A stretch of 64,000 nucleotides of DNA from Flavobacteriia bacterium (lineage in GTDB: Bacteria > Bacteroidota > Bacteroidia > Flavobacteriales > Flavobacteriaceae). Under the pieces are notes generated by a model. The model had not been told where the DNA came from, did not search any database, and worked only from the letters and a program-made list of their open reading frames with translations. This document shows positions 59,428-64,000 of this stretch, piece by piece (position 1 is the stretch's first letter; every line of letters starts with the position of its first letter). The stretch spans positions 475 through 64,474 of the forward strand of contig RDXY01000007.1 in assembly GCA_004293045.1 (NCBI GenBank), in the 5' to 3' direction. A program made the position numbers and the translations under genes.

Positions 59428-60198
59428 ATGGGTAAAATCATTGCAATTGCCAATCAAAAGGGAGGGGTAGGAAAAACAACAACTTCGATAAATCTTGCCG
59501 CTGCATTAGGCGTTTTAGAGAAAAAAGTGTTATTAATTGATGCCGATCCGCAAGCAAATGCGAGTTCTGGTTTAGGAATTGACGTGGAAAGTGTAGACAT
59601 TGGTACCTATCAAATAATAGAACACAGCAATATCGCAAAAGAAGGTGTAATTCCTACAAGCGCGCCAAATGTTTGGATAATACCCGCACACATTGACTTA
59701 GTTGCCATAGAAATAGAATTGGTTGACAAAGACAATAGAGAGTATATGCTAAAACAAGCCTTGCAAGAGGTAAAGGATGAATACGATTATATAATTATTG
59801 ATTGCGCACCATCTTTAGGATTATTAACCTTAAATGCGCTAACCGCCGCAGATAGTGTTGTAATTCCAATTCAATGTGAATATTTTGCACTAGAAGGTTT
59901 AGGAAAATTATTAAATACCATAAAAAGCGTTCAAAAAATTCACAATCCAAGTTTAGATATTGAAGGACTATTATTAACTATGTACGATACCCGTTTACGA
60001 TTATCAAATCAGGTTGTTGAAGAAGTTCAAAAGCATTTTAACAATATGGTTTTTTCGACTATTATTCAAAGAAATATTAAATTAAGTGAAGCACCTAGTT
60101 TTGGAGAAAGCATTATAAATTATGACGCCACTAGCAAAGGGGCTGCCAATTACTTAAATTTAGCAGAAGAAATTATCAAGAAAAACAGTAGTAAATAA
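59428..60198 (+). CDS. parA: Chromosome partitioning ATPase ParA/Soj
   Basis: NQKGGVGKTTT, DADPQAN, DCAPSLG, LSEAPS; ATG 59428. Confidence 0.95.
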   Translation: MGKIIAIANQKGGVGKTTTSINLAAALGVLEKKVLLIDADPQANASSGLGIDVESVDIGTYQIIEHSNIAKEGVIPTSAPNVWIIPAHIDLVAIEIELVDKDNREYMLKQALQEVKDEYDYIIIDCAPSLGLLTLNALTAADSVVIPIQCEYFALEGLGKLLNTIKSVQKIHNPSLDIEGLLLTMYDTRLRLSNQVVEEVQKHFNNMVFSTIIQRNIKLSEAPSFGESIINYDATSKGAANYLNLAEEIIKKNSSK

Positions 60199-61097
60199 TG
60201 ACAAAAGCAGTAAAAAAACCTGTATTAGGAAGAGGCCTTTCAGCACTTTTAAGCGATCCTTCAAATGACATCAAGTCTGTAGAAGATAAAAATGCAGACA
60301 AAGTTGTAGGAAGTATCATAGAACTTGACATTAATTTTATTGAAATAAATCCTTTTCAACCTAGAACTAATTTCAATGAAGATACCCTTCAAGAATTAGC
60401 TAAATCTATTAAAGAAGTTGGCGTTATTCAACCTATTACTGTTAGAAAATTAGAATTTAACAAATACCAACTAATTTCGGGAGAACGAAGATTACGTGCT
60501 TCAAAATTATTAGGACTTTCTACTATTCCTGCCTATATCAGATTAGCGAACGATAACGAATCACTTGTCATGGCATTGGTTGAAAACATTCAACGTCATG
60601 ATTTGGACCCAATTGAAGTGGCCATTTCGTACCAAAGATTAATTGAAGAAGTAAATTTAACTCAGGAAGAAATGAGTGAGCGTGTAGGTAAAAAACGTTC
60701 AACCATTACAAACTATTTACGTTTATTAAAATTAGATCCGATTATTCAAACAGGAATGAGAGACGGATTTATTTCGATGGGACACGGTAGAGCATTAATT
60801 AATATTGAAGACCAAGAAGCGCAAAGTGATATTTATCACACCGTTGTTACTCAAAACTTATCCGTTAGGGATACAGAAGCGTTAGTAAAAAAATACCAAG
60901 AAGGATTAAAACCTAAAACAAGAAAAACAACTGCTACAAAATCATTTGAAATTGCAGTGGAAAAAAAGAAAACTTTTGCCAACTTTTTTGGTGCAAAAGT
61001 AGATATAAGCGTTGCCGCAAATGGTAAGGGAAAAATAGCCATTCCTTTTCATTCTGAAGAAGATTTTAATCGAATCATGAAATTAATCAACAACTAG
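60198..61097 (+). CDS. parB: Chromosome partitioning protein ParB/Spo0J
   Basis: LGRGLSAL, QPR, GERRLRA, ENIQR, HTH. Confidence 0.95.
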   Translation: MTKAVKKPVLGRGLSALLSDPSNDIKSVEDKNADKVVGSIIELDINFIEINPFQPRTNFNEDTLQELAKSIKEVGVIQPITVRKLEFNKYQLISGERRLRASKLLGLSTIPAYIRLANDNESLVMALVENIQRHDLDPIEVAISYQRLIEEVNLTQEEMSERVGKKRSTITNYLRLLKLDPIIQTGMRDGFISMGHGRALINIEDQEAQSDIYHTVVTQNLSVRDTEALVKKYQEGLKPKTRKTTATKSFEIAVEKKKTFANFFGAKVDISVAANGKGKIAIPFHSEEDFNRIMKLINN

Positions 61098-61663
61098 TGA
61101 AGCCGTTACTTTACATATTTATTTTATTATTTTTAAGTACTACATTTTCTGTGGCTCAAAAGAGAGCATTAAAAATCGAAACTAAAGACATTGTAAAGTC
61201 GGACATCAATCCATTATCGCCAGCAAAAGCAGCATTTTATTCTGCAATTCTACCAGGTTTAGGTCAAGCATATAATAAAAAATACTGGAAAACACCTTTA
61301 GTTTATGGTGCTATTGGTGCAGGGGTTTATTTTATTATGGATAATAATAAAAAACACAATCAGTACCGTGACGAATACAAAAAACGATTAGCGAATGGTG
61401 GTGCAATTGATACTTCTGATCCTACTTATGGAAAGTTAAGTACAGAAAGTGTGATTAGAGGACAAAAATTCTATCAAAAAAATAGAGACTTATCTGTGCT
61501 TATTACTGCTGGTTTATACATTCTAAACATTGTAGAAGCAAATGTAGATGCCCATTTATTACAATTTAATGTAAATGATGATTTATCATTAAAACCAGAT
61601 TTACATACCAATCCGTATACGTTGAATCAAAATGTAGGATTTACATTAACCTATCAATTTTAA
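61097..61663 (+). CDS. DUF5683-type membrane protein
   Basis: PAKAAFYSAILPGLGQAYNKKYWK, ANVDAHL; GTG start overlaps parB stop. Confidence 0.8.
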   Translation: MKPLLYIFILLFLSTTFSVAQKRALKIETKDIVKSDINPLSPAKAAFYSAILPGLGQAYNKKYWKTPLVYGAIGAGVYFIMDNNKKHNQYRDEYKKRLANGGAIDTSDPTYGKLSTESVIRGQKFYQKNRDLSVLITAGLYILNIVEANVDAHLLQFNVNDDLSLKPDLHTNPYTLNQNVGFTLTYQF

Positions 61664-61708
61664 CATTTTTTTCACGTAACATTTTATTTAAAACAACAAC
61701 TAATCAAA

Positions 61709-62407
61709 ATGAAAATAGCATTATTAGGGTATGGTAAAATGGGAAAAGTAATTGAAAAAATTGCTTTAGAACGTGGACATGAAATTGTTTTAAGAAAAAG
61801 TAGTGCAGCTAATTTTGATGGTTTATTAAAAGCCGATATCGCTATTGATTTTAGCGTTCCAACTTCAGCGGTTAATCATATTTCAGAATGTTTAAATCAA
61901 AATATCCCTGTAATCTCAGGAACTACCGGTTGGTTAGAAAATTATGATGAAATGGTACATTTATGCCAAGCAAAAAACGGGAGTTTTATTTATGCTTCGA
62001 ACTTTAGTTTAGGGGTAAATATTTTTTTTGAACTAAATAATTATTTAGCAAAAATGATGAAAAATCTAAAAGACTACCATGTCTCAATGGAAGAAATTCA
62101 TCACACTCAAAAACTCGATGCGCCTAGCGGAACAGCAATAAGTTTGGCAAATGGAATTATAGAAAACACAGATTATGTTAATTGGACATTGGAAAATCCA
62201 ATTGAAAATGAAATTTACATTGACGCAAAAAGAATAGAAAACATCCCTGGCACACATGCTATTTTTTATGATAGCAAAGTGGATCAAATAGAAATAAAGC
62301 ATACCGCACATAGTAGAGAAGGCTTTGCTTTAGGTTCGGTCATAGCTGCAGAATGGCTTGTTGGAAAAAAAGGCGTTTTCACTATGAAAGACGTATTGGG
62401 GATTTAG
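61709..62407 (+). CDS. dapB: 4-hydroxy-tetrahydrodipicolinate reductase
   Basis: GYGKMG, GTTG, EIHHTQKLDAPSGTA. Confidence 0.96.
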   Translation: MKIALLGYGKMGKVIEKIALERGHEIVLRKSSAANFDGLLKADIAIDFSVPTSAVNHISECLNQNIPVISGTTGWLENYDEMVHLCQAKNGSFIYASNFSLGVNIFFELNNYLAKMMKNLKDYHVSMEEIHHTQKLDAPSGTAISLANGIIENTDYVNWTLENPIENEIYIDAKRIENIPGTHAIFYDSKVDQIEIKHTAHSREGFALGSVIAAEWLVGKKGVFTMKDVLGI

Positions 62408-62446
62408 AATATAGAATATAGAGTATAGAATATAGAGTATAGATTC
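62405..62446 (+). repeat. TAGARTA heptamer array, left flank of the four-helix-bundle gene
   Basis: TAGAATA TAGAATA TAGAGTA TAGAATA TAGAGTA TAGATTC; first unit contains the dapB stop. Confidence 0.9.
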
Positions 62447-62450
62447 AGAA

Positions 62451-62801
62451 ATGAGGCATAATTATAAAAATCTTAAAATTTGGCAAAATGGAATACTAAT
62501 TACGAATGATATTTCGGATATTTTATTAGATTTTCCAAAACATGAAAGATACGATTTAAGTTCTCAAATAAGTAGATGTTCTGTTTCTATTCCAAGTAAT
62601 ATAGCTGAAGGTTCTTCAAGAACGGATAAATCTTTCAGTCATTTTTTAGACATCTCATTAGGGTCGTCTTTTGAATTAATTACACAACTAATTGTTGCAA
62701 AACACAGAAAGTATATAAACGAAGAAACTTTTAATATATTAGAAAATAAAATTGAAGAATTTCAAAGAATGACTATGAGTTTTCAAAATGGTCTTAAATA
62801 G
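62451..62801 (+). CDS. Four-helix-bundle protein (23S rRNA IVS-protein / Avd-like family)
   Basis: YKNLKIWQ, FPKHERYDLSSQI.R.SVSIPSNIAEG, FL.ISLGS..EL.TQL. Confidence 0.92.
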   Translation: MRHNYKNLKIWQNGILITNDISDILLDFPKHERYDLSSQISRCSVSIPSNIAEGSSRTDKSFSHFLDISLGSSFELITQLIVAKHRKYINEETFNILENKIEEFQRMTMSFQNGLK

Positions 62802-62806
62802 AGAAA

Positions 62807-62840
62807 AACTCTATTTTCTATTCTCTATATTCTATTTTCT
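62807..62840 (-). repeat. Inverted heptamer array, right flank of the four-helix-bundle gene
   Basis: AACTCTA TTTTCTA TTCTCTA TATTCTA TTTTCT, approximately the reverse complement of TAGARTA units. Confidence 0.8.
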
Positions 62841-62856
62841 TTAAAAATCAAAAATT

Positions 62857-64000
62857 ATGGAAATGACAGCTTGGATTATTACAGTATTAATAATTAGTAC
62901 ACTACACGCAATTTGTACTTGGAAATTATATCTAAAAGCAGGTAAAAAAGCTTGGGAAGCCTTTGTTCCTGTTTACAACGGAATTGTTTTAATGCAAATT
63001 ATAAACCGACCAAAGTGGTGGGTGTTTTTACTTTTTTTACCTGTAATTAACTTGTTAATTTTACCTGTAATTTGGATTGAAACGTTACGTACTTTCGGTA
63101 AAAAATCCACTGCAGATATGTGGCTGGGTGTTCTTACATTCGGATTGTATATTGGTTACATTAATTATTCACAAGACGTTTCATATGAAGCGGAACGCGA
63201 TACCAAACCCGCAACAAAAGCGTTAGATACATTAGGCTCCATCACTTTTGCATTAATTGTAGCTACTTTCGTGCATACTTATTTTATACAACCATTTGTA
63301 ATTCCTTCTTCCTCGTTAGAAAAATCGTTATTAATTGGCGATTTTCTTTTTGTAAGTAAATTTCATTACGGAGCAAGAACACCAATGACTCCAGTTGCAG
63401 CACCAATGGTGCACGACTCCATTCCAATTGTAAAAAAACTATCTTATTTAAGTAAGCCACAATTACCATATTTTAGATTTCCTGCTTTGGAAAAAATAAA
63501 AAATAACGATATTGTAGTTTTTAACTGGCCAAGAGATACACTTTCAAACATGTATTTGCCAGCTACGGAAAGAATTGACAAACCTCGTGATAAAAAAACA
63601 AATTACGTAAAACGTTGTGTAGGTATTGCCGGCGACAGTTTGCAAATTAAAGACGGTATTGTTTATGTAAATGGTAAAGAATTAATATTACCTGAAAGAG
63701 CAAAACCTCAGTATTCATACAAAATTAGTACCGATGGGAAAACCCCAATTGATTTTGAAACAATTTTAAAAGAAATGCAAGTTACAGATCCGGCAGGAAT
63801 GATAACTAGCGACACGCTTTACGTTCAGGCATTAACTTTTGAAAACGCAGAAAAATTAAAATCAATTAGCGGCATCACTTCAGTAAAAAGAATGATTAAC
63901 AAAAAAGCAGAAGACGGGGTATTCCCTGATTTTAAAGATGGAAATCCTTCTGTAACGAACAATTGGAATGGTGATAATTTTGGTCCAATTTATATTCCAC
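62857..64000 (+). CDS. lepB: Signal peptidase I, truncated by the right edge (absent from the ORF track)
   Basis: Manual translation: MEMTAWII...KAWEAFVPVYN, QPFVIPSSSLEKSLLIGDFLFVSK (catalytic Ser), NYVKRCVG (catalytic Lys). Confidence 0.93.
   Translation, partial: MEMTAWIITVLIISTLHAICTWKLYLKAGKKAWEAFVPVYNGIVLMQIINRPKWWVFLLFLPVINLLILPVIWIETLRTFGKKSTADMWLGVLTFGLYIGYINYSQDVSYEAERDTKPATKALDTLGSITFALIVATFVHTYFIQPFVIPSSSLEKSLLIGDFLFVSKFHYGARTPMTPVAAPMVHDSIPIVKKLSYLSKPQLPYFRFPALEKIKNNDIVVFNWPRDTLSNMYLPATERIDKPRDKKTNYVKRCVGIAGDSLQIKDGIVYVNGKELILPERAKPQYSYKISTDGKTPIDFETILKEMQVTDPAGMITSDTLYVQALTFENAEKLKSISGITSVKRMINKKAEDGVFPDFKDGNPSVTNNWNGDNFGPIYIP

Noticed and set aside
61666-61682. parS-like sequence TTTTTCACGTAACA downstream of parAB
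   Set aside because: Not a 16-bp palindrome; needs a gap and a mismatch against TGTTTCACGTGAAACA
62451-62801. Diversity-generating retroelement suggested by the Avd-like gene
   Set aside because: No reverse transcriptase and no template/variable repeat pair seen in the window
1110-63469. Many short ORFs in the track overlapping longer genes (e.g. 2078-2431, 11699-12097, 34501-34938, 53754-54224, 63284-63469)
   Set aside because: Antisense or alternate-frame shadows of well-supported genes with no recognisable motifs

Overview
AT-rich chromosomal window from a Flavobacteriaceae bacterium, very likely Flavobacterium (gldJ, porU/porV, Bacteroidota TAnnTTTG promoters). It is mostly core genes near the replication origin: dnaA, parA/parB, hisS, prmC, ribD, recR, pdhA/pdhC, murF, anmK, pepT, nusB, yajC, tRNA-Thr, idi, dapB, lepB. 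Two signals are not explained by the gene list. (1) The first 2.6 kb looks like the distal end of an integron-like gene-cassette array: co-oriented ORFs separated by ~130-bp imperfect palindromes bounded by AAC...GTT, with the two ends of the middle cassette complementary to each other. No integrase lies in the window. (2) A four-helix-bundle (IVS/Avd-like) gene sits between dapB and lepB, bracketed by inverted 7-bp tandem arrays. About a dozen other 6-9-bp arrays are scattered through the window: several start at stop codons, some form empty inverted pairs, and three lie in frame inside prmC and pdhC. Smaller observations are a frameshifted gene stub after the MBOAT gene, a histone-H1-like protein, an orphan TonB-like gene and candidate leaderless genes. 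All calls come from reading the sequence; no searches were run.
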